A stretch of 64,000 bases of DNA from Eledone cirrhosa (Eukaryota), in NCBI GenBank assembly GCA_964016885.1, contig OZ024742.1, positions 131,688,001 through 131,752,000 of the forward strand, given 5' to 3'. Positions 43,466-59,079 of this stretch are shown here, in pieces. The stretch's first letter is position 1; every line of letters begins with the position of its first letter. The notes beneath the pieces are model-generated. The model was not told where the DNA came from and did no database searches. It saw only the letters and a program-made list of their open reading frames with translations. Both the position numbers and the translations under genes were made by a program.

Positions 43466-43544
43466 ATCTAGATGACACTATGCGATTGCTGTCCTCCAAC
43501 ACTGGCGTTTTCGTGATATCTAGGCTTTTATCAACTACTCATAT

Positions 43545-43810
43545 ACTGTCCCTTTTTGCATACAAGATGCCGTCCTGGTCAAATCATAACAGTAAAAAAC
43601 CCGACGTTCAAAGAAATGCTTCCGGACACCTGAAGAAATAAGGCCGACAAGCCTATGTCGGGGCATAGACGGCCACTAGTTTGAAATCATTACCTTTGAT
43701 ATAATTCAGATCAAGAAACAGCAGGTTACACTTAAGGTCCAGAAAGACCACTGGTATCTCTTGGTACTTTTAGACGAGCCTCCTTTGCCATAGCTATATC
43801 TTGCGTCGCT
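43545..43810 (-). pseudogene. Old Tx1 APE endonuclease fragment
   Basis: Aligns by eye with 1-170 (TGTCGGGGCATAGACGGCCACTA is identical). Confidence 0.75.
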
Positions 43811-46800
43811 TCTAAAGGATGATACCTTTTCAATTTTCATAAATAATACTAATAATGTTAATGAGAGAATTTGAGTGAGTCTTTACAAGATGTTCTTCTA
43901 TAATTCATCATTATTACTAAAATTATTCAAGCAATTCTTCACATATTTAAACTTTATTTATTCATGATATTTAAAACTTACCAGTATAAGACGCTCCACA
44001 TTTGAAATTCGTAGTTCTCAGACACCAATATGAAGCACTAACAGTATGGTGCAAAGTGCTAAACATTCGGCCTAGAAGCTAAAGTATAATCGATTTTACC
44101 AGGTGCAGATATTCTGAGAAACATGAACTTATAAAAAGAAAGAGGAGAAAATATCAAACAAATAAATCCGCGACATATGTCTGAATAGGCAAAATTACTA
44201 GATTTTGTATGTGTCCCATAATTGGCGACCGTCTTTTAGATATTTTCAGGAAATTGTTGCTTTCTGAAATAGATGCCGTTTACAGAATAAAGCATGCTCA
44301 GGAATAAAAAAGTAAACAAACAAAAATAATCTATCAAATTATGATCCAAAGCCACAGACAAATTGACTACATTCTATTAATATAATCCATTGACCTAAAA
44401 CTTTATACAGAATTGTAGGAGAAAACACACAGTTTCAAAATATCAGCCTTTTCATTATTTTAATTAATAACCTCTAATAGTACATTTATTTTCAAAAATA
44501 GACTTTATAGATGCACGCTAGATCAGGTATATCATTTATGCTGTGATAGCGAATCGGAACATAAACAATCTTTTTGAGACTAAAATTTTCCCACCCTCTA
44601 CATAACCAGCATTAAAAATAAAGTACCAGTAATGCACTGGGTAATTGCTGGCCTTGTACCTAAAGTAGAAACAATTATCATATCTACTTTGCCTTTCATC
44701 CTTACGGGGTCGATAAAATAAAGTACCAGTAATACACTGGGTATTTGCTGGCCTTGTGCCTAACGTAGAAACAATTATCATATCTTCTTAAATTACCAAC
44801 ACCAGCAGCGGCAACATTGCCACCGCCTCCACCACCATAACACAAGCAATACCGCCAAAAGCAGCATCCCCACAACTACCACAAACCACCACCACCACCA
44901 CCACCACCACTACAATCACCACCACCACTACAATCACCACCACCACCACCAACCACAATCAGCAACCACCACCACAATCAGCAATCACCACCAGCACAAT
45001 CACCAACCACCACCACAACCACCACCACCACCACACAACCGCCACCACTACCATCAAAACCAACACCACCACCACCACCACCACCACCACCACCACCACA
45101 CTACCACCACCACTACAACAACCACCACAACGACGACCACCACAACTATCACCACCACCATCACGACGACTACCACCACAAACAACAATAACAGAAACAA
45201 CAACAGCAACAACAACAGCAACAACAACAACAGGAACAACAACAACAACAACAACCCTGTTGTCTGTATTGAAATAACAACATTCAGCAGAAGTTATGCC
45301 TTTATATATACAGTATTGGGCGGATAACTTTCCAGATATAAAATTCTCACTGGTATCGATTATTAATCTACTGAGAGCAAATATTACCGCAACGGATTCT
45401 CAATTGGTGCACTTTGAAAATTCTAGAACATTTACCGAAAATTTTAAAGAGCAATTATTAACATAATTCTCGCGCAATTTCGCAAATGATTCGACTATTT
45501 CAGAATATTATGGCAAATGTCGACCATAAAGAATTACCTTTTCTAAAAAGGCTTCGTATTGTCTTTTAGCTTCTGGATAAAACATTGACATTTTCTGTTA
45601 GAATAAGTCACACAAAACTATATCTTGTTATAGTTAAAGATATACTTCCTGCAACTCACAGTCGATCTAAAATAAGCTGGTCCTTTCTGTTAAATCCTTA
45701 GTATTTGCACCTTACAGAGAAATTATCTCATATTTTATATCGTATTTTCAGTTAACGGATACTTTTTTATAATTCGTTATGCATTTGTGTTCATGTAGAA
45801 CAATAAAAAAGAACCATTAGAGAGTATTAATAGTAATTATCGCTTTGAATTTTTTTAATTAGTATTAATAGTAATTATCGCTTTGAATTTTTTTGTATCT
45901 CGATTGTTCAATTTCATGTAAACATTAATTCCAGTTGATAGCAGATTGAATATTATGGGTTGAGTAAGAGAGCAAGAGTTGGACAGGCCAAGGGAAACAT
46001 TCTTTCCTTGGTCCGATTTGATGCATTCAACCTCTCGGTAAGCAAATGATGTCTGGGAACTTGTCAATCATTTCAATACGAAGAGATCAAAGAAATATTG
46101 CAATCAAGACATAATATATTCATCATTAGTAGGTAAATGTCCGTCTAATTTCGTACAACTACAGTAAAGTACGCCTACCTGTATTACCAGAGACTGGAAA
46201 AATTGCCATTAAATATCACCCTAAAGATTTAGGTTAAAAGAATGAAGTAAAAGTTGAATATCGTGTGTGAATGGATGGAACAAGTTTGATGATATATATA
46301 AACAGCAATAACAAAAAATCACCATCCCCGCCAACATTGTCATTGTTATAGTATCTACTATCAGAAAACAATATGATGTTTCTTTTAATTGCTTAAGGGT
46401 TTGAAGAGTTGAATCTATTTGTCACCTCACCGAACGCCCCAACAGAAAATCAAAAGGAAAAATATTATCGTTGACGGGAATAATGTCAATGAGGAACAAC
46501 TGATACGAACGAATATATAAATGATACTACGTGTATTAAATAGTCGGTCTTTTTCTACTATAAACATATTTATACATATATTTGCGGATGTGTATAACTA
46601 TTTCATACTTCTGTGTCCGTAGGAGACGATATGAATATATAATTAAATACCTTTCCACTATGATCAATCAATCAAATTGATAGATCAACGACGGTTTTGC
46701 CGATTATGCTTTCAGTTGTTTGTTAGTTAGAAAAGTCTAATTATTAAATTAACGTATAAGCGATTAAGTATTCTATGGACACGTGTAGCATTTATGTAAT

Positions 46801-49256
46801 TATCACAGAGATAGATTCAGAGTGGCATAGTATATGACAAGGCGGAATCTATACAATGGGCTTCCAAGCAGAATCTGCCTACCAAATTTCATTTACAACG
46901 CATCACCCGAGCGGAGGCTCTGGTAAATCCCCAAGACATCACACAAGGACATCAAACCAGAGGGGTAATGATTGCAAAACCAACTCCTTAACCGTGCGTC
47001 CACAACATTCAACTACATAAAATGCTTATAAAGATAGGAGGCAGGGTTATCTAACGAATTAGTTGTTTGATTAACTGTTCATAGTTACTTAATGTAAAAT
47101 AAATTACATATGTTTACTCGTATCTTTTATTTCTTATCATTTATTTCACTAGCCGTGTATTAAATTAAAATATAAAAAGTGCTTTAAAAAGTATGATAGT
47201 CTATTTACAACGAAGAGTATAAAAAGGTTCTAAGGAATGGAATGAAGTAGGTAATTATTGAGAATTCTAATTATTGAGAATTCTACGGAGGCCATCGAGA
47301 AAGATTATAGTAAGAAACTATCATCAGCTTCATGATGGCCTGTAAAAGGAAGACATTATGCAAAGTGTTTTTTATTTTATTCACAAATCTTGAGATAATA
47401 CATAATGTTACTAAAATGACACGGTTTTACCACAAACAGGTTTGTTGATTACTCATCAGCATCTTTGTAATATATTTCTTTACATCTGTAACATCTTTGC
47501 ACAAGAAATGATTTCAGACAATTGGTCCACGGTAGGAAAGCTGAGTATATTAAATTTTGTTATGGCAACTAACTATTAATAATTTCTTGCTAAAAGCACT
47601 TAAATCAGAAAAAATCTGCGAATGTGAAATATAGTCGATTAGAAATACTTTTCTTAAAAAAATACAGATAAAAAACAGATTCGAATTCTAATATTTCTGA
47701 CTTTCCTTGAAGGATAAAATACACTTAACTATAGAAGGAAAGTCCAACGGAACTCTAGAAAATCTGGGACGGGGAAAATTAAGAAAATAAACTAATTAAC
47801 ATTTGTAAAATTAAGACAAATGTATATAGCTTATGAAATGATCTTATGAAGCTTTAAAGCAACTTCATCCATCGCTGGAGTCACATGCTTAATGCAGTTA
47901 ATCAAAATGCGGGATATACAATATGAAATTCAGGGCAATATTTCGATGTACAATATCACCTACTGAGTAACACCATGAATACAGAACATTGTCTATCTCC
48001 ATTCTACTCTTCTAGATAATTGAAAAGAACTAGATTCCCTGCAGTTATATTAATATTCAGGTGGCCTAGCTGTCCTTTTTCGTTTTCAAGGAAAGCGTTG
48101 AAGATATATGTCACATCGCAAACATTTCTGAACGTTCTCTGTTATATATTTCAGTACAACTGGGGAAAACCCAGCAATGGCGGGCAAACGTCCTATGCAT
48201 CTTTGCCGCTCCACTAATACATGATAAAATATATTCTATTCTCAAGTTTAGACTCTACCAATTATGACGAATACGTCAATTTGATAGCTCTATTTTTATA
48301 ATTGTCAGTGGAAATAACTTGATGCACATATCAATTGTGCAGCCTGTCATTCTTTGCAGGTCAAGTGCGCATAGGTTTACAGCTGTAGATGAGATCCAGA
48401 CACTTGCAATGCATTTGATATTAGGAATTAAGGTTCTGTAAGATTTTAGCAGAAACCAGGTATGTTAATTTGAATGTTTATAATATTATTACTAGTGAGC
48501 AGAAAACTTGTAGTAAACTAAAAGAAAAACTTTAGTTTTTAAAGTGATGCAGACATAGTGCTGATTTATACACTTCAAGAATGACTTGCTAATGTGATTT
48601 CATAAGGTGCATTACATTAAGAGCTAAGGTAAACAATAATATAGTGGTGGTCTTAAATCTGACGGCGTGCTAGATTCATAAGTGAATGTAATGCCATGAT
48701 AACTTACTTTTCCTGAAAGGTTTTACTCTGAGATTGGGTGGTAATGTAGATTAGTTTGCAATAAAATTATTTTTATATGCAATGAAAAGTATCATGCTAC
48801 TGAAATGATAATGATGATGAAAATAATGGCGAGGGTGATGGTGAAGGAAAGAAAGATAGAATGAAGACGGAGACAACGACGACGACAACGACAACGATGA
48901 TTATAATAGTGTTGATGGTGATTACCTGACGACGATGACGATGAGGACAGGGATTATGAAGATGATGATGTTGATGATGATGATGAAGATGGTGTTGGTG
49001 GGGTGATGTTTGTTTGGACGAGGAATGTACATCGACAGACGTGATTTGCATACACGACTTTCTTGTCAGAATACGACTAACTGATTCTTCACTTTCGACA
49101 CAGTCTATAATTTTGTATACGTGCAGTGACTAGCTTATGCATGTATTTTTGCAAATATATATACTTACACATGCAAAAACACACTCTTTCGCACATGCAT
49201 GTATATATTGATAGATATATTCACATTATATATATATGCATATATGTATATATATA

Positions 49257-49324
<68 letters not shown>

Positions 49325-49369
49325 TATATATATATATAAATAAATATATATATATATATATATAAATAA

Positions 49370-49402
<33 letters not shown>

Positions 49403-49523
49403 TATATATATATATATAAATAAATATATATATATATATATATATATCTAAATATATATATATATCTAAATATATATATATATATAAATATATATATATA
49501 TATCTAAATATATATCTAAATAT

Positions 49524-49623
<100 letters not shown>

Positions 49624-49632
49624 GTATATATT

Positions 49633-49667
<35 letters not shown>

Positions 49668-49678
49668 TTATATACATT

Positions 49679-49723
<45 letters not shown>

Positions 49724-49857
49724 TTCCATATATATATATATATATATATATAATACATACACATATTTATAAGTATGTATGAGTATATATATATATATGT
49801 ATGTGAGCATGTATACAAACTCAACACACATATTATCTCTCTCATTCTTTCTCTCTT

Positions 49858-49918
<61 letters not shown>

Positions 49919-50388
49919 CTGTGTGTGTGTTCATAACGTGTGAATCCGTGTGAGTGCGGATCTATGGCCATCCATCCTCAAGAGATGGATGGACATAGAT
50001 AAGCAGATGAGATATATATGTCAATAAGTGTAAATGTGTGATTCCTGAAAATATATATTTTCTTTCATGGTAAGAATTAAAAAAAAAAAAAAAATAGGAC
50101 GAAGTTGAGAAGCTTAGAAAATGTGGGAGAAAGTGAAAAAGATTGATAGTTTTGTATGGTAAAGTTTTAAGCATATGCATATATGATTTCTTCCTGTCAC
50201 AATTAAATGGTAGAAAACGAAAACCAAACTAGGAAGGAGAAAGAATTGTGGACAGACTTGTGGAAATGTTTACACGATGGGAATTAACGAGTAGTTCTGT
50301 GGTTTACTAATGCAATTCTCGTTCCTTCTCACCCATTTCACATGGGACAGCATAAATATATCAAAATCTATCTATCTATCTATCTATC

Positions 50389-53300
50389 CAGGCGCTCAAG
50401 GCTCTCTGGCAGGGGGACCCGGCTGTCAGTGGAGAATCCACCTCGTCATTCTATAGAGGGCTGGTGGTTAGCAGGTGCGACGACGCCCTCGGAGAAGCCC
50501 TAGGCATGGAGGAAGACGAACTGGCAAACCTGTTCAGTAGGACATTCAGCCCGGGACCCATGGATAACTTCCAGAGGTCCCTGGCCTGGCAATGCTACAG
50601 AAGGGCTCTGCCCGTTCGAGAAAGGCTCTACAGACACGGACGCCCGGGTAGGGACCCATCAAAAATGATCTGTCCCAGATGCGTGTGCGACGAGGAAACC
50701 GTTGCACACGCATTGGTACACTGCTCGGGCATTGCCGATCTGTGGGGCTATGTCGAACAACTGCTGTCAAGGGTGGGACCGATCCGGTTGACCCCCAAGT
50801 CGATTGTAACGATCAAGCCGCCTCCCCTCTTCAAAAACGAAGGAGAGGCGGTGTTTCTGTGTGTAATCGCCATGGCGAAAGAGGTTGTATGGTGGACGCG
50901 TCTGAAAGGACTGAGGTCAGACACCTTTCTCTCTGGCCAACAACTAGTCCGTTTCTTCCGATATCATTTCGGAAGAAGGATCAGGATGGAGAGAGAAGTG
51001 CTGCACCCCTGCCGTTTTTATGAAAGATGGGTGAAAGTGGCGAGAATGGCCCGTGTGAATGGGCCTTCACTCTACATCAGACTATAGGTGAGGAAGATGA
51101 AAGACCAAGGGAGCACCCCTTCTCTGTGCTCCTGAATAATCGCAGCGGAACATCTAGATCGTACCTAGATAGGGTTCTAGTTAGAAATAAAGATAGGGAC
51201 ATGTTAAGCAGTCCACAAAAAAGTTCATGGTTGCCTATTCAGATCACAAATTAGTGACCTGCGTGGTCAACCTTGATAGAACGCATAGACAGGGTCCCGG
51301 TTACTGGAAGATGAACTTGTCCTTGCCGGCAAAGAAAGATTACAGGAACCGGATTAGTAGCTTAGTTAAGATGCGGTTGACGGGAGCGATCGTCAACAGC
51401 AGGTGGTGGGTATCTCTAAAGAGAGAGATTAGAGTAAGTTCGATAGGTTACAGTAAGGAACTAGCGGCGAATAGAAATAGGAAGGAAAGGGAGTTAACAG
51501 ATAAACTAGAAGAGGCGATTAGGAGCGGAGACGTGGCCAGAGTGTTAGCGGCGAGAACGGCGTTGAGCCAGTTCTTTGACGCGAAGCACGAAGGCTGCGT
51601 TGTCCGAAGTAAAATACGTGCTTTAGGAAACGAGGGGACCAAAGCTGTTAGCTGGGCCCGCGTGACAGAAGCCAAGAGTGGGATCAAATCCACCATTCGG
51701 TCTTTGCGAGACCAGGATGGACGGGTGATCCTTGAACCTGAGCAGATGGGCGAGGCCTTTCAAAGGCACTTTGCTCGACTGTTCGGAGAGGGCGGGGGCC
51801 GGACGGGGATGTGGACTTCGGTCCATACCTCGACGGTCTACCGCGTCTTTCGAGCGGCGAAGCGGAGTGCTGCGAAAGGCCAATCACAGCCACTGAAATC
51901 GGGGAAGCGCTCAGCCAATGCAGCAGACGCAAATCTCCGGGTCTCGATGGTCTACCATACGCACTTTATTTAGCTCTGCCGGTCTTGTTCTCCGAACTCC
52001 TCGAGGCTGTCTATTGCAACTGGCAACAGAACGGGAGAATTCCCTGTTCTGTGACCAAGGGCGTGGTCACGCTAGTGAGGAAGGACGAGAGCAAGGGGGA
52101 CGACTTAAGTAACTTTAGGCCCATAACTCTGCTGAATGCAGAGTTACAGATTTTGGCCAAGGTGTTGGCGAAGAGGTTGGCGAAGAGGTTGGCGCTTGTG
52201 GTGGGTGGTTTGGTGGGAGACGCGCAGACATGCGCTATCCCGTCCATGTCCATTCACGACAACCTCCACCTCATGCGATACATCATAGAGAGGGTTGGCA
52301 ACGAACCCGGCTTTGGTGGGGCCCTGATCAACTTGGATCAATCTAAGGCGTTCGATAGGGTCGACCATGGTTACCTGGATGCGGTGCTAGGGGCTGGATT
52401 TCTGCCATGCAGAGTGGCAACATCTACTCTAGGATTAAAGTAAACGGCTACCTCTCGGAGCCGTTTCAAATCACCCGGTCCATCAGACAGGGGTGCCCCC
52501 TCTCCTCCCTTCTGTTCGTATTGACTCTCGAGCCACTGCTGCGGAAGTTGGAGTTGCTGCGGGGCATACCCCTGGAACCGGGATTGCACAAAGCGGTCTC
52601 GGCCTATGCCGGCGACGTAACAGTAATGGTGGCGGACGCCTCGGAAATCGGGGCGATCGCCACCCTACTGGAGGAATACGAAAGGCTGACGGGGGCTAGG
52701 CTGAACCGGGACAAGTCAGTCGGTTTGCAACTCGGAACGTGGAGGGGCAAACCGATGCCGTTAGACGGTGTCGTCGGGCGGTGGACGGAGGGCCCGGTGA
52801 AGCTGCTCGGGGTCTGCTTCGGACCGGACCTCCAGCTGGAGAAGAATTGGGGCGAGGTGACGAGCAGGGTGTTTGCGCTGACCCAGAAGTGGGCCAAGTG
52901 CAAACTATCACTGAAAGGTCGGGCGGAGGAGACGAACACTTACATAGCGTCCGTCATCTACTACCGCCTGACCGTCGTGCCTTGCCCCAAGGAAAAGATC
53001 ACCATCATGGAACGCATGCTCTTCCAGTTCCTCTGGAAGAAGCGGCCTCCCATGGTGAGGAGATCCATCTGCTGCCAGCACTGGGTATGCCGCGGCTGTT
53101 GATGCGTAGGCACGCATTGAGGCTACGGCATCTACAGGTATTCCTCACCGGTCAGCCGGTGTGGGCCCCGTTTGTGAGGCGAGCCTTCCCACAGCTCGTC
53201 TCGCTGACCGAGCTGCAATCCTGGGTGAAGCAAAGACCGAGAAAACTGGGCAACTGGCACACCGAGTGTGCCCAGGCGCTCACGGCTCTCTGGCAAGCGG

Positions 53301-54202
53301 ACCCGACTGTCAGTGGAGAATCCACCTCGACATTCTATAGAGGGCTGGTGGCTAGCAGGAGCGACGACACCCTTGGAGAGTCGCTAGGTATGGAGGAGGA
53401 CGAACTGGCCAGCCTGTTCGGTAGAACTTTCGGCCCGGGACCCATGGACAACTTCCAGAGGTCCCTAGCCAGGCAGTGTTACCGGGGGGCTCTGCCCGTT
53501 CGAGAAAAGCTCTACAGACACGGGCGCCCGGGCAGGGATCCCGCGAAAAAGATCTGTCCCAGATGCGTGCGCGATGAGGAAACCGTTGTGCATGCACTGG
53601 TACACTGCCCGGGCGTTGCCGATCTGTTGGGCTACGTCGAACGACTGCTGTCGCGTGTGGCGCCGATTCGATTAACCGCCGAGTCTGTGGTGAACATCAA
53701 GCCGCCTCCTCCCTTCAGAAATGAAGCAGAGGCGGTCTTTCTGTGCGTAATAGCCATGATGAAAGAGGTTGTGTGGTGGACGCGCCTGAAAGGTCTGAGG
53801 TCGGGTGACTTTCTCTCCGGCCATCACCTGGTTTACATTTTCCGATACCACTTCGGTAGAAGGATCAGGATGGAGAGAGAAGTTCTTGGCCCCAGACAGT
53901 TTTATGAAAGGTGGGTGAAAGAAGCGAGAATGGCTCGTGTAAATGGGCCTTCTCTCTACATTGTTCTGTAGGTGAAGAAGTGAAGAGGACAGGGGGAGCG
54001 CCTCCTCTCTGGGCTTCCCCCGCGAAAAGAGTTGCACACTTTTCGGGGGTATGTGCAATCCCCAACACGCCCCCTCCCTTTTGAGGACTTTTTATTATTA
54101 TGTTATTCTCATTGTTATGCCTTTTTCTTTACTCGTATTTATGTAAACTCCCCCCTGTGTATTTCTCCCTTTCTCTTGTGCCCTAGTGGCAAATAAATAG
54201 AA

Positions 54203-54205
<3 letters not shown>
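50389..54205 (+). mobile_element. Composite Tx1-like element (copy C): an ORF2 3' fragment (50389-~51130) joined to a longer 5'-truncated copy (~51130-54205), bounded by (TCTA)n
   Basis: YLDRVLV/SDHKLV (APE end), GYWKMN, KSPGLDGLP, NFRPITLLN, DQSKAFDRV, RQGCPLS, YAGD and the C-terminal CPRC..H..C. Several frameshifts. 3' end GGCAAATAAATAGAAA(TCTA)n. Confidence 0.93.
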
Positions 54206-54250
<45 letters not shown>

Positions 54251-54402
54251 GTCTGTCTATATCTCTAACCACCTATCTAATTATCTATCCATTTATCATT
54301 CCTGATGATATATTATAACACACACAAATACACACACATACGCACAGAGATATATTTCATATATGTGTGTGTGTGTGAGTGTGTGTATATTTGTGTGTGT
54401 GA

Positions 54403-54433
<31 letters not shown>

Positions 54434-54557
54434 AGTAGAACACTGGAAGGTAATATCCGTAGTAGTACATCACTCTGTCCATGGGACGAGTTTGGTAGAA
54501 GTGGTTACATAACACTTAGTTCACCATACCGAGAACAAATGTTTCACTGCTATACTA

Positions 54558-57500
54558 CTTATATATATATATATATTATACATATTGACTACTTATATAT
54601 ATATATTATACATATTGACTACTTATATATATATATATATTATACATATTGACTACTTATATATATATATATATTATACATATTGACTACTTATATATAT
54701 ATATATATATTATACATATTGACTACTTATATATATATATATTATACATATTGACTACTTATATATATATATTATACATATTGACTACTTATATATATAT
54801 ATATATTATACATATTGACTACTTATATATATATATATTATACATATTGACTACTTATATATATATATTATACATATTGACTACTTATATATATATATAT
54901 ATTATAAATATTGACTACTTATATATATATATATATTATACATATTGACTACTTATATATATTATACATATTGACTACTTATATATATATATTATACATA
55001 TTGACTACTTATATATATATATATATTATACATATTGACTACTTATATATATATATATATTATACATATTGACTACTTATATATATATATATATATATAT
55101 TATACATATTGACTACTTATATATATATATATATATATATATTATACATATTGACTACTTATATATATATATATTATACATATTGACTACTTATATATAT
55201 ATATTATACATATTGACTACTTATATATATATATATATATATATATTATACATATTGACTACTTTTATATATATATTATTCATATTGAATACTTATATAT
55301 ATATATATATATATTATACATATTGACTACTTATATATATATATATATTATACATATTGACTACTTATATATATATATATATATTATACATATTGACTTC
55401 TTATATATATATATTATACATATTGACTACTTATATATATATATATATTATAAATATTGACTACTTATATATATATATATTATACATATTGACTACTTAT
55501 ATATATTATACATATTGACTACTTATATATATATATTATACATATTGACTACTTATATATATATATATATTATACATATTGACTACTTATATATATTATA
55601 CATATTGACTACTTATATATATATATTATACATATTGACTACTTATATATATATATATATTATACATATTGACTACTTATATATATATATATATTATACA
55701 TATTGACTACTTATATATATATATATATATATATTATACATATTGACTACTTATATATATATATATATATATATTATACATATTGACTACTTATATATAT
55801 ATATATATATATATATTATACATATTGACTACTTATATATATATATATTATATATATTGACTACTTATATATATATATTATACATATTGACTACTTATAT
55901 ATATATATATATATATATATTATACATATTGACTACTTTTATATATATATTATTCATATTGAATACTTATATATATATATATATATATTATACATATTGA
56001 CTACTTATATATATATATATATTATACATATTGACTACTTATATATATATATATATATTATACATATTGACTTCTTATATATATATATTATACATATTGA
56101 CTACTTATATATATATATATATTATACATATTGACTACTTATATATATATATATATATATATTATACATATTGACTACTTATATATATATATATATATAT
56201 ATATTATACATATTGACTACTTATATATATATATATTATACATATTGACTACTTATATATATATATTATACATATTGACTACTTATATATATATATATAT
56301 ATATATATTATACATATTGACTACTTTTATATATATATTATTCATATTGAATACTTATATATATATATATATATATTATACATATTGACTACTTATATAT
56401 ATATATATATTATACATATTGACTACTTATATATATATATATATATTATACATATTGACTTCTTATATATATATATTATACATATTGACTACTATATATA
56501 TATATATATATTATACATATTGACTACTTATATATATATATATATATATATTATACATATTGACTACTTATATATATATATATATATATATATTATACAT
56601 ATTGACTACTTATATATATATATATATTATACATATTGACTACTTATATATATATATATATATATATTATACATATTGACTACTTATATATATATATATA
56701 TATATATATTATACATAGTGACTACTTATATATATATATATTATACATATTGACTACTTATATATATATATTATACATATTGACTACTTATATATATATA
56801 TATATATATATATTATACATATTGACTACTTTTATATATATATTATTCATATTGAATACTTATATATATATATATATATATTATACATATTGACTACTTA
56901 TATATATATATATATTATACATATTGACTACTTATATATATATATATATATTATACATATTGACTTCTTATATATATATATTATACATATTGACTACTTA
57001 TATATATATATATATTATAAATATTGACTACTTATATATATATATATTATACATATTGACTACTTATATATATTATACATATTGACTACTTATATATATA
57101 TATTATACATATTGACTACTTATATATATATATATATTATACATATTGACTACTTATATATATTATACATATTGACTACTTATATATATATATTATACAT
57201 ATTGACTACTTATATATATATATATATTATACATATTGACTACTTATATATATATATATATTATACATATTGACTACTTATATATATATATATATATATA
57301 TATTATACATATTGACTACTTATATATATATATATATATATATATTATACATATTGACTACTTATATATATATATATTATACATATTGACTACTTATATA
57401 TATATATATATATATTATACATATTGACTACTTATATATATATATATTATACATATTGACTACTTATATATATATATTATACATATTGACTACTTATATA

Positions 57501-58524
57501 TATATATATATATTATACATATTGACTACTTATATATATATATTATACATATTGACTACTTATATATATATATTATACATATTGACTACTTATATATATA
57601 TATATTATACATATTGACAACTTATATATATATATAATACATATTGACTACTTATATATATATATATATATTATACATATTGACTACTTATATATATATA
57701 TATATTATACATATTGACTACTTATATATATATATTATACATATTGACTACTTATATATATATATATATATATATATTATACATATTGACTACTTTTATA
57801 TATATATTATTCATATTGAATACTTATATATATATATATATATATTATACATATTGACTACTTATATATATATATATATTATACATATTGACTACTTATA
57901 TATATATATATATATTATACATATTGACTTCTTATATATATATATTATATATATTGACTACTTATATATATATATATTATACATATTGACTACTTATATA
58001 TATATATTATACATATTGACTACTTATATATATATATATATATTATACATATTGACTACTTATATATATATATTATACATATTGACTACTTATATATATA
58101 TATATATATTATACATATTGACTACTTATATATATATATTATATATATTGACTACTTATATATATATATATATTATACATATCGACTACTTATATATATG
58201 TATTATACATATTAACTACTTATTTATATATATATATTATACATATTGACTACTTATATATATATATATTTATTATACATATTGACTACTTATATATATA
58301 TATTATACATATTGACTACTTATATATATATATATATTATACATATTGACTACTTATATATATATATATATTATATATATTGACTACTTATATATATATA
58401 TATATATTATACATATCGACTACTTATATATATGTATTATACATATTGACTACTTATATATATATATATATTATACATATTGACTACTTATATATATATA
58501 TATATATATTATACATATTGACTA

Positions 58525-58569
<45 letters not shown>

Positions 58570-59014
58570 CATATTGTCTACTTATATATATATATATATA
58601 TATATATTATACATATTGACTTCTTATATATATATATATATTATATATATTGACTACTTATATATATATATATATTATACATATTGACTACTTATATATA
58701 TATATATTATACATATTGACTACTTATATATATATATTATACATATTGACTACTTATATATATATATATATATTATACATATTGACTACTTATATATATA
58801 TATATATATATTATACATATTGACTACTTATATATATATATTATACATATTGATTACTTATATATATATATTATACATATTGACTACTTATATATATATA
58901 TATTATACATATTGACTACTTATATATATATATTATACATATTGACTACTTATATATATATATATATTATACATATTGACTACTTATATATATATATATT
59001 ATACATATTGACTA

Positions 59015-59079
<65 letters not shown>

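Noticed and set aside
44215-44235. TGGCGACCGT resembling an LTR primer-binding site
   Set aside because: No LTR pair or gag/pol sequence nearby.
45310-45620. TA|CAGT start and a short ORF like a Tc1 transposase N-terminus
   Set aside because: No matching second TIR or DDE domain seen.
47300-47465. Two CUGAUGA plus hairpin motifs on the minus strand (~47330, ~47455); weaker ones at ~15390 and ~31465
   Set aside because: GAAA or stem I register missing; cannot be told from chance in AT-rich DNA.
48360-48459. Good splice signals (TTCTTTGCAG ... CAG|GTATGT) around 100 bp
   Set aside because: Stops in all three frames; could be a non-coding exon but is unsupported.
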